Of a DNA stretch of 64,000 nt, positions 38,901 through 47,529 are shown piece by piece. The stretch's first letter is position 1; each line of letters starts with the position of its first letter. Position numbers and translations under genes: made by a program. The stretch covers positions 36,230 through 100,229 of the forward strand of contig CAZHWP010000001.1 of assembly GCA_964535945.1 (NCBI GenBank). The letters run 5' to 3'. The notes beneath the pieces are model-generated. The model saw only the letters and a program-made list of their open reading frames with translations, was not told the DNA's origin and made no database searches. The stretch comes from an uncultured Porphyromonas sp. Its GTDB lineage: Bacteria > Bacteroidota > Bacteroidia > Bacteroidales > Porphyromonadaceae.

Positions 38901-39892
38901 GGTACATCGATGACTGGAGCTGCTGATGTAGATTGGGGGCTGTAGCTACATGAAGGGATACCACAGTTTGATAAATCCGCGCTCAGACTATTCGGTAATT
39001 TGTTTAGAACATTTTTGTCAATGGGATTCAGTTTCTTAGCCAATTTGAAAAAGACATTGCCACCAGCCGAAAAACTCCATTGATAATATATAGGGAATTC
39101 AGAGTTGCGAGTTCTCTTCTGTTGCTCTTCAAATGTTTTTGCCCATGCTCCAGTTTGTGTATCCGCTCCTTCAAGCTTTTCACCTAATCCATTCAGCCGT
39201 CCAAGTTCGAATGAAGGGATCAAGAACGCTGCATATCGTGTTGCTGAATTTTTAATCAGCCCTTCTAACTTTCTTGGTGCAAAAATACGTGATAGTCCAG
39301 CCTCGGGATTTTGGGCTAAAAATATGTTTAGCCACGAATTGTCTACCACATTGAACTGTTCAATTGTTGATAGTTGCACGTGTGCAAACAAGTGCAATTG
39401 ATCAATAGGGGGTAATATTTGATTGTAATTCTCCTTAGTGAGATTTAGTTTCAGTACCTGAGATCCATCGGATTGGTTTTGAAGGCTATACTCGCCATCT
39501 TTACAAACAATTAGAGCCATCCATGGTCTAAGCTTTTTGTCGTCTGCAGCTAGTGGAGTATAACGCCAAGGTAGATCTTCTTCAAAAAATTCGATGCATG
39601 GCAGATAATCAGAACAATATGCCTCCGTGCCATCTAGTGGTACTGTTTGCAATACAGCGCTTGGGCTTATGCTTTTTACATCGACGTTGCCCACCAAATC
39701 GAACGAAAAAGATTCTTTTTTTTCACTTACATCGTTACCCACTGTTTTTCGTTTGAAATCAAAGTCGATATTGACAGATCCGCGAAGGCTTGTAGAAGAC
39801 TCAGTTGCGGTTCCCAACTTGTCTATTTCCGTTATGTAGGTATTCAAACCTTTTCGCAGAAAGGGGAGAAAGGTATAATAGTTTGTTGACAT
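35936..39892 (-). CDS. Large conserved hypothetical protein, island gene 3 (1318 aa)
   Basis: Intact ORF. N-terminal YTFLPFLRKGL, IEFFEEDLPWRYTP and LRPWMALIV; C-terminal ELLWREYPSDERGSYFRKFWD. Confidence 0.8.
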   Translation of the reverse strand: MSTNYYTFLPFLRKGLNTYITEIDKLGTATESSTSLRGSVNIDFDFKRKTVGNDVSEKKESFSFDLVGNVDVKSISPSAVLQTVPLDGTEAYCSDYLPCIEFFEEDLPWRYTPLAADDKKLRPWMALIVCKDGEYSLQNQSDGSQVLKLNLTKENYNQILPPIDQLHLFAHVQLSTIEQFNVVDNSWLNIFLAQNPEAGLSRIFAPRKLEGLIKNSATRYAAFLIPSFELGRLNGLGEKLEGADTQTGAWAKTFEEQQKRTRNSEFPIYYQWSFSAGGNVFFKLAKKLNPIDKNVLNKLPNSLSADLSNCGIPSCSYSPQSTSAAPVIDVPVACILPNTKLDSSTLRQESDHVRKDLKDLLDLSPVFEENRLIQEGTGQVANMEEDPWVTPPIYGAKHALSTSLDSYHEDWVSQQNLAIRNRASGGLGKKVVQTYQEQFVQRAWLQVERINSLNQQLRERLAIANTERATSKKHVNKKLNKTKQAVKKVGEISGLSTDSFIRTVNLSNQKDLTADNIVLNLEAVNEYDKPNYIQQTGVDEAFMNTLLKAPNDDITELPLYDNAAKVVIFQNEVLNKAYNVKRGNPYESISVNYPLAKAFDGLLKVEYNGLSYNHKTQNITIDDLKHPFEFAFNQGPAFRGSALNNGDVQQILVWLSGFDDLDGYKDYYDEHCDLPNFMEKVRNYNKLHKDYLLRSYEQKEKVSGSNRLLDNILPVPVTTTKNETQNAYLLPDPTFQRIFGTFIKKHNISGGVGVRYTSSETESSVVFFYPVSIITNKKSTCYIRKFPYFSSFLLPQDWYKKYGVSKLQFNGSSFDIEADYHIGMLQSEYVKGSVSKGYDLRNVGDIDRDDHEFVMGKAEDPLKYMSRYKTLKHYERIFEENFNNKPKITIRFFQIGTYVDVSIKGVKGLYFRVFKKGRVELHDTRKGIHQVCFHNAISLGLLEMIDKNTCNLTIKSEDGKTGLLPEIKNAISALDEFASIFYEPEYIEIDEASTTYSAWELVEGPAAVNEIGTSTKNLIDVVKRYAQEWNAFSSTFTPQEPKAPVIEGKDIQSTDLIDASAEAEEKMKKILETYYNGIGMTDQVIIEDLLRSKYPIMVYPEYPDPTYFYLRELSQRFILPSVDKLPDNSISLFKNNTEFVESFLSGMNTEMGRELLWREYPSDERGSYFRKFWDSEEDPTQEAYWDVKYLHEWQGHLGANHADDKKDLLIFAIKGELLQAFPQTFIYLTQIPIEGYTGNSVIMPSMSAWLNNDTYLVGFPTNADQIQEKHYLTFQERDVALHFDNKNSDTITDSASWAKDRVHQPVIWAAPCRDFLIN

Positions 39893-39905
39893 TCCGATGG
39901 TGGTA

Positions 39906-42356
39906 TTAATGTTGATTTATTGACTCTATCAATTCCTTGAATTTGCTCTCTTTCTGTATATCCAGAATAGTCATGTGGTGATCGAAAGAGGTCTTGTCAC
40001 GACGTGCGTAGCCTAATCTGAATATCTGATTGTTGCTAGTATCCGATGTGTTTGTATTGGAGCTGTCAGTATTATCAACACTCTTTATTTCAGTTATATA
40101 CTCAACTGCAGTTTGCTTATGACTATTATCAGGGGTATGATAAGAATTGAGCTGAGATAAAGTAAAGCCACAGCGCCATTGCAAATAGGAGGGCGATTCT
40201 AGCTTTTGCTCCAATGAAAGGTTTTGGTAGAGTGAGGGGGCGAAGTCTGCATGTTCATATTCGTATTCGATCGGATTGTTATTGATCGATATATTCTCGA
40301 GATTGATAGCCGAGAAATCGATTGGTAACATCCCATTATACAACTCCATCTTTTCCAGAGCATTGGAGTCTGTCTCTTCGTTTTCGTTACAGAAAGGGAC
40401 TGCAGACTGCTTGAATGAAATCTGATCGTAGGGCTGTAGTACAATTCGATCCGTAGTCTGTGTCATTTCTCCAAAGTTCACTTGCATGTCTGTTAGCAAG
40501 TTCTCTTTTACTGTCCAGTTTCGTGAGTTATGGAGCTCGGCGATAAGCAATGGATATACTTCTACAGTCTTTTCTGGAAGAGACTGAGCTTCATCGCCCC
40601 AAACGAGGTCAAAAGAAATTGGAATTGGAATAAGGAGAAGCCAGAACTTGGCTGTGCCTTTGATACGCCATGGCTGAGGCCCTTCGATGCCAAGCGCTAG
40701 GTCGATAGATAACAATTTAACCGAGCCAATTTTAACAGCCATTCCAGCATAGAGATCGAACATAAACATGAACGGATCGAATTGGAATAAGCAATCAAAG
40801 CCAGCATAACCACTAATGCCAAATTTTTTCCATCCTACCAACAGATCTAGCCTAGCACCTATTTGGAAAGTGTTTGATGTTATGGCAAGGTAGGTCTGCA
40901 GAGAGATTTTTAAAATCTTATAGTCAAGCTGCATTCCCACTCGTTTCATGTCTGAAACCATCATGCCTTTTTCGGGAGTGTATGAAGGGTGGAAGCCCCC
41001 TAGAGATAGTATGAAGCCTCTGGTCTTGCCACCCCAAAAGAGTCGGAAGGCCATGTCACCAAACAACTGTATCCCTACAATATGTGAGTTGACGATGGAG
41101 GCATCAAACCAAATGCCCTCGACGAAATTAATTCCTCCAGCAAAGCAAACATTCAATTCGATGACATCTTCGGCATCTTCGATGCCTACGTGTAGGACGC
41201 CTACAATAATAATTTCTACAGGCTTGGGCAGTTGTAGTAGAAGGCCGATGTTGACGTCTACTATTGGCTCGAAACTAATTCGAGCAAGTAATCCGAGGAA
41301 AAACTGACCCTTTTTCTCGGGGAAATAGGTTTTGACAGAGGTCTTTATCTCAGAGAGGTGCTCCTTGATGTTCTCGACAAAGAATACGCTTTGAAGGGTT
41401 CCGCTACGTACGCCTTTCATAATCCCTTCGCGGTCTAGCATACGGTTCAGCCCAAGTGCTCCACCGATACGAGTGAGTGAGAAGCCCATGCCTAACGGAA
41501 TGCCTGGTTTGAACGAAACCGATAGCATACCAACAAAACTAAATATCTGCCCTTCACGAGTGCCTAGGTTGCAAATAACCAAAGCGGACACTCCGAACTT
41601 CTTGAGAATTGTCAGTTCTATGGCTCCTATTAGCTCAGCACTTTCACTATCGTATGAAATAAAACCTCCACCTTCAACTGCTGGACACTCAATCGCAATT
41701 CCGATAGCACTTGGGAAACGGAATCGGCTATCAAAGTCCCAGTCGCCTATGCTACCACCTTTCTTCAAAAAGCTCAAACCAAATCCCAATCCGAGATCTT
41801 CGAAAGAAAAAGTTACGGCCTTGAAGTCTACCTTGAAAGATGAAAGTACATCAAAGTTGATATCTCCACCATCATCCATATCAAGTCCAGATTCGACTGA
41901 AAACTTTTCGAATGTAACAGGTCCGATCGTTTTGTGATTTAAATCAAAATCAAGTTTCAGCTTCACGTCACCTCCAAAGCTGAGCCCCTTTTGCAGATCG
42001 TAGGCGAGGGAAGTGCTAAAGCCGATTTCAATATCGTCTTTGAGAATCACTTTGAAGAAACTACTTGTTTCTTTCAGTTTTAGAGTCAGGATAGCATTTT
42101 CGATTGTGCCTTCGTATCCAACCTGAAGCGCATTCTCTTTGTACCCAACGTAAACCTCTTGAGGATAGTCTTTTATTGTGAGCTTTAAGTGTTCTTGGTC
42201 GAACACCTTCAAAGGCTTATATTCATCTTTGCGACTAAACTTAGCCCTGAGCATGATCGACAAATTGTCGGTACTTGATAACCCATGCACGCCATCGGAG
42301 TCGATGTAAAAACCGAGGCCATTTTGCAGGTTTGATTGTTCTTCGGAGTTTGGCAT
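39906..42356 (-). CDS. DUF6603-like domain protein, island gene 2 (816 aa)
   Basis: Gly/aromatic beta-strand motifs VEGGGFISYD, GMGFSLTRIGGALGLNR, YLAITSNTFQIGARL, GFDCLFQFDPF and GPQPWRIKG resemble DUF6603 as recalled; not HMM-confirmed. Confidence 0.72.
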   Translation of the reverse strand: MPNSEEQSNLQNGLGFYIDSDGVHGLSSTDNLSIMLRAKFSRKDEYKPLKVFDQEHLKLTIKDYPQEVYVGYKENALQVGYEGTIENAILTLKLKETSSFFKVILKDDIEIGFSTSLAYDLQKGLSFGGDVKLKLDFDLNHKTIGPVTFEKFSVESGLDMDDGGDINFDVLSSFKVDFKAVTFSFEDLGLGFGLSFLKKGGSIGDWDFDSRFRFPSAIGIAIECPAVEGGGFISYDSESAELIGAIELTILKKFGVSALVICNLGTREGQIFSFVGMLSVSFKPGIPLGMGFSLTRIGGALGLNRMLDREGIMKGVRSGTLQSVFFVENIKEHLSEIKTSVKTYFPEKKGQFFLGLLARISFEPIVDVNIGLLLQLPKPVEIIIVGVLHVGIEDAEDVIELNVCFAGGINFVEGIWFDASIVNSHIVGIQLFGDMAFRLFWGGKTRGFILSLGGFHPSYTPEKGMMVSDMKRVGMQLDYKILKISLQTYLAITSNTFQIGARLDLLVGWKKFGISGYAGFDCLFQFDPFMFMFDLYAGMAVKIGSVKLLSIDLALGIEGPQPWRIKGTAKFWLLLIPIPISFDLVWGDEAQSLPEKTVEVYPLLIAELHNSRNWTVKENLLTDMQVNFGEMTQTTDRIVLQPYDQISFKQSAVPFCNENEETDSNALEKMELYNGMLPIDFSAINLENISINNNPIEYEYEHADFAPSLYQNLSLEQKLESPSYLQWRCGFTLSQLNSYHTPDNSHKQTAVEYITEIKSVDNTDSSNTNTSDTSNNQIFRLGYARRDKTSFDHHMTILDIQKESKFKELIESINQH

Positions 42357-42466
42357 AGGGTGGGTGTTATTAAGGGTTTATTGTATGTTGCTATTAACAG
42401 CTATCATCAGACTTCTAAAAATCAATTCGTTTTCATTCTTTCTCTAATTCGTCGTTGCTTGTGTGC

Positions 42467-45142
42467 TTAGACACCTAGGCGATTGATGCTATCATTATAC
42501 TCATTTTCATAATTGACGTTGAACTCTACATTCGGGGAGCTCATAGCAGCCTCTACAAGTTCTGCCATTTCTCCTTCAAGCTCTATGCTAAGCAAGTGCT
42601 TGCCAAATGTGAACTTGGCTTCGGCATTTGCCGATACAATGGGTATGACGAAAAACGCTGGCTTGCCCTCCTTATTCTCCCCAATAAAAAGACAAACTTG
42701 CAATGCAGCTGCAGTGTTAAATTCAAGATGAGTATCTTCAAGTTTACCTTTTAGATTTAGAAGTGTAGCGCAGAAGAACTTAGATTCTACATCGAGTGTA
42801 TAGCCTATGTTTTTTACGTAGTCAGTGAAACCATTGGAAGGCATGTTGGGTAGTAAGTCGTAGAACGACTGCTTAGCTTCAGCTGGCATTTTTCCGAAGA
42901 AATCTTGAATAAAACGCAGTATGTCTGGCAATTTGACACTTCGAGTACTCAATCGAATAGCTTGTGGAATTACCCAACTCATCCACTTAATATAGGCGAT
43001 TGCTTCGGAGTCAAGCTCAATTTTTACCTCTTTCAAAGCATCTGTATTAGGAGCTTCGAGCGTAATAGAAGATGATTCTTGGTAGTTTTGTAACTGTTTG
43101 CCTACCTTGACCACATCTTGTACTTGCAGAATCGCAGTACTATTATCATTAATGATATCCTCAATGAAGAGGTCGGCTAGTTCATATAGTGCATCAACGA
43201 GAAGCTGCTTTAGGCACTCTGTTATCGGGGTTAGTATGCGACGTTTTATAATGTCCCATACTTCTGCAAGTTTTTCCTCGTCTAAACTCTTATGTAGATC
43301 AAGCTTTTTGCATAAGCTATCATAGTAGAGGTTGGGATTGGGAATTGCAACTTCTGAAGCAGCAGTGCGGATTATTTTTAGGTAGTCTGTTATATCTATC
43401 TCGTCAAATAAATGTCCAATTGTGCCGTTGAAATCTGCCACCAACTTCTTAGCTCCCTCTTTTGTGAAGAGGGAAGTGATGTTTTTTAGGTCGGAATCAA
43501 ACTCCTCTTTTAGCCGTAAAAATACTTTTTCGAATCGTTTTTCCCATTCAGTTGGAGATATGGTGTTTTTGAGGTCTTCCAGTGTTTCGTTACCCCAATC
43601 TTTCAACTTGTCAGCAGAGATTGATACTTCGAATAGATCGTGCAAATCTTTGCTCAATCCTTCCCAGTCGGCATTCAGGTAAGGTCGCAAATCGGGTGTA
43701 GACAAATGTTCTAACGCTTTTATTGCGAGTTCATGCTCTGAAAAGGATTCTGGTAGTTCTATCTGTATGTTTGATGGATCTATTTTGTTAAAGGCTTTTT
43801 CCAAGCGTAAACCCACCACGTTTAGCAAGGCTTTGTATTCATCCAAGAGGTCTTCTATTTTCATCTTCATCTGCTTGGCGACATCTTTCAGCATTTCAAT
43901 GATCATCCTTATCATCATCACAATTGGCTCAATATTTTTCCATAACTCTTTTACAGCTTCGGATGCAGATGTAAGAATGTGATCTTCTAGCTTATGCAGC
44001 AACGAAATGAGCATGCTTTTGATGGATGAGAAGTCTGGCACATCTGGATTAAAAACGCGTGCCACTTGCATTATTCGAGTCAGGAGTTGCTCGGCTTGTT
44101 CGAAACTATCTACCTGATATAAGCCTTTTAGGTAGTTGATTGGTTCTGCAAATAGGCTTGGCAGTTTGTCCCAATGGATGATGTCGATTGTGATGGGGTA
44201 GCTACTATGGGAAATATTCTTTTCGGCATATTGCAAAAGACTGCTGGGACTCACACCTATTAAATCGGCACTAAGCTGAAGAGGTTTCGGTAGATCTGCG
44301 ACGTTTTTCTTTAGATCGTTTATACTGTTTAAGACACTATCTGGTATTTTCAATCGGATGGTGGTAGTACCCATCAGACCAAGAAGATCGAGAATAGCGT
44401 AGATGCCGTTCACTGTGCGAGATACCTTCAGGTAAAAATCGGGATCCATTCCATCCTCTATTTGTTGCTCCAGAATTTCCGCCTGCTCACCTAGCCGATT
44501 TTTTACTTCATCTGCGCGTTGGGCAGCTTCGGACAATAGAAGACGTGCATTATTGCTCAGCTCGGATGTCGCATCTTGTAATTGATTGCGAACGTCAGAT
44601 GCTAACTGCTTGCAGTAGCTAATTTCGTCGGCAAACACGTTACGTAGATTTCGTAGTAGGGTGATTAGGATGTGATCTAATAAGCGCTTACCCATCCGTT
44701 TTCCTAGCTCTTTCAACTTGTCAGGTGAAGCTTCATCAGACAGCTCTTCCATGACCTTTTCGAACTCTATATTTGTAAACGACTTAATTAGCTCTGTTAC
44801 TCCTTTGATTGTTTCCAATAGGTCTTTGCCAATGGCAGTCCAATCTGGATCTTCTTCTTTACTAACTTTGTTGAACAAAGTCCCCAGCTTCTCAGTCAGC
44901 TTAAATAGACCTTTCAGGAGATCTTTTAACTCTTTCGTCTCATCATGGTGGCAGATGTCGAATCCTATACGCGCGAATATCGCTTCGATGAAAATCGTTA
45001 CGGTCTCAAAGTCAGGTTCATCTTTTTGTGGATCTTCGGATTGTTTTCGTATTGACACGAATTCTTGCTCCAAGTCTTGGAGTAGAGCTTCTTTCGTCTT
45101 CGATAGTACCAAAAGAACTTTGGAGAGAATCGTAGTTTCCAT
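42467..45142 (-). CDS. Helical/coiled-coil hypothetical protein, island gene 1 (891 aa); probably the N-terminal part of a split DUF6603 protein
   Basis: Acidic, Leu/Lys/Glu-rich and helical. IYAILDLLGL and IHWDKLPSLFAEPINYLKGLY resemble N-terminal regions of DUF6603 proteins. Ends in beta-strand-like sequence. Confidence 0.7.
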   Translation of the reverse strand: METTILSKVLLVLSKTKEALLQDLEQEFVSIRKQSEDPQKDEPDFETVTIFIEAIFARIGFDICHHDETKELKDLLKGLFKLTEKLGTLFNKVSKEEDPDWTAIGKDLLETIKGVTELIKSFTNIEFEKVMEELSDEASPDKLKELGKRMGKRLLDHILITLLRNLRNVFADEISYCKQLASDVRNQLQDATSELSNNARLLLSEAAQRADEVKNRLGEQAEILEQQIEDGMDPDFYLKVSRTVNGIYAILDLLGLMGTTTIRLKIPDSVLNSINDLKKNVADLPKPLQLSADLIGVSPSSLLQYAEKNISHSSYPITIDIIHWDKLPSLFAEPINYLKGLYQVDSFEQAEQLLTRIMQVARVFNPDVPDFSSIKSMLISLLHKLEDHILTSASEAVKELWKNIEPIVMMIRMIIEMLKDVAKQMKMKIEDLLDEYKALLNVVGLRLEKAFNKIDPSNIQIELPESFSEHELAIKALEHLSTPDLRPYLNADWEGLSKDLHDLFEVSISADKLKDWGNETLEDLKNTISPTEWEKRFEKVFLRLKEEFDSDLKNITSLFTKEGAKKLVADFNGTIGHLFDEIDITDYLKIIRTAASEVAIPNPNLYYDSLCKKLDLHKSLDEEKLAEVWDIIKRRILTPITECLKQLLVDALYELADLFIEDIINDNSTAILQVQDVVKVGKQLQNYQESSSITLEAPNTDALKEVKIELDSEAIAYIKWMSWVIPQAIRLSTRSVKLPDILRFIQDFFGKMPAEAKQSFYDLLPNMPSNGFTDYVKNIGYTLDVESKFFCATLLNLKGKLEDTHLEFNTAAALQVCLFIGENKEGKPAFFVIPIVSANAEAKFTFGKHLLSIELEGEMAELVEAAMSSPNVEFNVNYENEYNDSINRLGV

Positions 45143-45283
45143 GCTGAAAATATGTGTAAATTAATTGAGGCAATAAGTCAAAATCTGAAGCCTAATAAAA
45201 ACAAGAAGAAAAAAACGACGATTTGTGTGAACAAAACAAGCTGAGACTAAATAATCGTAGTTGTTCTCTTCTGAAGAGGTAAA

Positions 45284-45314
45284 AAAGACGGCGATTTTCA
45301 AAATCGCCGTCTTT
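45284..45314 (-). terminator. Intrinsic terminator upstream of the island operon
   Basis: Perfect 14-bp stem aaagacggcgattt/aaatcgccgtcttt. A T run follows on the minus strand. Confidence 0.7.
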
Positions 45315-46263
45315 GCCAGTCTAAAATAGTGACCGCTTTAATTGTGCGCGGAATCTAAAGGTTGCCGTTCATTTCTGAGATGCGTATAGCGATACCACCG
45401 CCCTTTGTTTGATCATAGTTAAAGCTGTTTTGAAAAAATCGAAATCCTCAAAAAACAATAACTCCCATTCTCCGTTTGCTAGTCCTAACACGTCAGAGCC
45501 CATACACTTTTACTTGGCATATTGTCTTTTTTCTCCTTTCTTGTAAGACTTCGAGCCCGCGTCCAATCACCCTGCAAGATATTCACTGTTGAGACTTTCG
45601 TCTCAAACTAAACTGCTCCAAGTCACCAAACGCTGTTGGCAATTCTAGTCAGTTTATGTTCAGCGACATCACTCTTCCGTTGCTACGAAAGAGGGCTGTA
45701 TCATTTAACACAGTCTGCTAACGTTGTAAGCAGACTTCCGCACCTGCAGAATGATACATAACTCAACCAACTCTCTGTTCCTGAAAAGCAACTTCGACTA
45801 GGTTGATGCTGTAAAGATATGAAGATGTTTTTAATAAACAAGCGTTTTTGGCAGTTTTTTTTGTCATTTTTTTTGCTTGAATTCTGATTCATACCATGAT
45901 TGTATCTGTTGTGTTTAATATTCGGCCTGTCTTTGCTCCATTTCTGATGCTACAAATTCTTTGATCTTAGTTCTTTTCGAAGTGTTTATTTTGAGAATTT
46001 CTCCAGCTACGAGTGTGTTGCGTTTTTCTTACTTTTTTTATTTTCGGATTATTAGAAGATAAAGGTGGATTTGTGCCATAGTGTGGGTGTTGCCATACTC
46101 AATAATCTATAACATCCTCGATCGATCTATGCCTAAAGGGCATCCAATTCGATTCTGTGATTTTTCTGTATCTTTGATGCCAACTGAGCGCTGCCGTAAA
46201 GGAGCTTGCCTTGTGCAAAGCCTTTCGTGCAGGGGGCGAGGCCGATAGCCGAGAACTCGAAGA

Positions 46264-47529
46264 ATGAAGATAGCAAAGAATAGCCTTACCATAAATAGCC
46301 TGAAGCTGATAAGTGCCGGAAGTTTGGTGCAGCTGTTTGCCTTGCTGTTACTGCCCTTGGTGGGGCGCATTTTCGATGCCGATGAGCAGGGGGTGATTAC
46401 TCTTTTGCTCGGTATCAGTGGTACGCTGGCCGTACTGGCTAATGCACGCTACGAACCAGCTATCGTCATCGCTCCCAGTCCTTATCGCTCCTATTTACTA
46501 CTCGGTTTTTCCTTCGTTGTCAATACGGCTTTCTCGCTATTTCTTCTCTTGCTTTGCTTCATCGCTCGACCCTTGCTTTTAGATTCGTCGCAAGCGGTCT
46601 TGGCGGCTTATATCTTCTACATTCCCTTGCTTGTATGGCTTTCGGCCTTGCTTAGTGCTGGCTTTGCATGGGCAAATAGAGAGAAACAGTACAACCGAAT
46701 GGGCACCGCTCAGGTATGCCAGGGGGTAGTGAATAATAGCCTCAAAGTGGGACTGGGATTTGCTGGGATGAGTGTCTTGGCTTTGCTTTATTCCTATCTC
46801 TTAGGGCTTCTGTCAGGTCTTTTCGTACTGGGAGGTAAGCAGCGTTTCTTGGCGATGCGTAGGCATCTGACGTTTCGTAGAATGGCTGTGGCTGCCAAGG
46901 CTTATTCAAACTTTCCTCGCTATTCGATCTTTCAGAACCTGATCGATACGCTTATGGGTAGTCTCCTTATCTTTATGCTACCTCTGCAATACGAGATGAA
47001 GATGCTTGGCTTCTTAGGGATGGCTCAGATGCTCTTGCGGAGACCTATGCAGTTGCTCTCGGAGGCTTTGAGTAGGGTCTTCTTTCAGCGAATGGTCGAG
47101 ATGAAGCAAGCGGGCGAGCAGCTCAGTCCACTCTTCAGACGCTTTGCACTACGCATTTTGCTCTTGGCACTGCCTCTCATCGTAGGATTGCCCTGGATCA
47201 TGAAGCCACTTATAGTTTTCGTGCTGGGTGCCAAGTGGGCTCCTACAGCCTACATCGTTAGTGCCATGCTTCCATTGGTGAGCATCAACTTTCTGACGGC
47301 AATTTTCAACTTCATCCCCGATATCTTTGCTATGCAACGGGCGCATCTTCATGTTCAAGTGTGGATGCTGCTCTTTGAGTTTACACTCATCTTGGTAGCA
47401 TCGTATTTCTTACCTTTCGAACGCTTTATCATCCTATATTATATCCTAGTATGTATCGAAATGGCACTTTTGCTTCGTTGGTACTACAAGATTATCCGAC
47501 GTTATGACACTAAAAGTTTACGACAATAA
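46264..47529 (+). CDS. Polysaccharide/O-antigen flippase (Wzx, PorS-like)
   Basis: Multi-TM protein with ARYEPAI, WANREKQY and YSNFPRY motifs typical of Bacteroidetes flippases. Confidence 0.82.
   Translation: MKIAKNSLTINSLKLISAGSLVQLFALLLLPLVGRIFDADEQGVITLLLGISGTLAVLANARYEPAIVIAPSPYRSYLLLGFSFVVNTAFSLFLLLLCFIARPLLLDSSQAVLAAYIFYIPLLVWLSALLSAGFAWANREKQYNRMGTAQVCQGVVNNSLKVGLGFAGMSVLALLYSYLLGLLSGLFVLGGKQRFLAMRRHLTFRRMAVAAKAYSNFPRYSIFQNLIDTLMGSLLIFMLPLQYEMKMLGFLGMAQMLLRRPMQLLSEALSRVFFQRMVEMKQAGEQLSPLFRRFALRILLLALPLIVGLPWIMKPLIVFVLGAKWAPTAYIVSAMLPLVSINFLTAIFNFIPDIFAMQRAHLHVQVWMLLFEFTLILVASYFLPFERFIILYYILVCIEMALLLRWYYKIIRRYDTKSLRQ

Noticed and set aside
30069-39892. Tc (ABC) toxin complex assignment based on gene sizes
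   Set aside because: No SpvB, RHS/YD repeats or TcA motifs are visible. Size alone is not evidence.
42357-42466. Programmed frameshift or readthrough joining the 891-aa and 816-aa ORFs
   Set aside because: The spacer has several stops, including an in-frame TAA eight codons before the downstream ATG, and no slippery site is evident.
45545-45570. Minus-strand ggacgcgggctcgaag resembling a tRNA/tmRNA T-arm (possible att site)
   Set aside because: The T-loop is altered, the 3' stem does not pair, and there is no acceptor stem or CCA.
45701-45892. 63-aa ORF as a leader peptide or island gene
   Set aside because: Its N-terminus is low-complexity A-run sequence, and it has no homology cues.
28065-46036. 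10-bp direct repeat tcttactttt (28065-28074 and 46027-46036) as island attL/attR
   Set aside because: It is short and AT-rich, so it is likely to occur by chance, and there is no integrase. An empty-site comparison would be needed.
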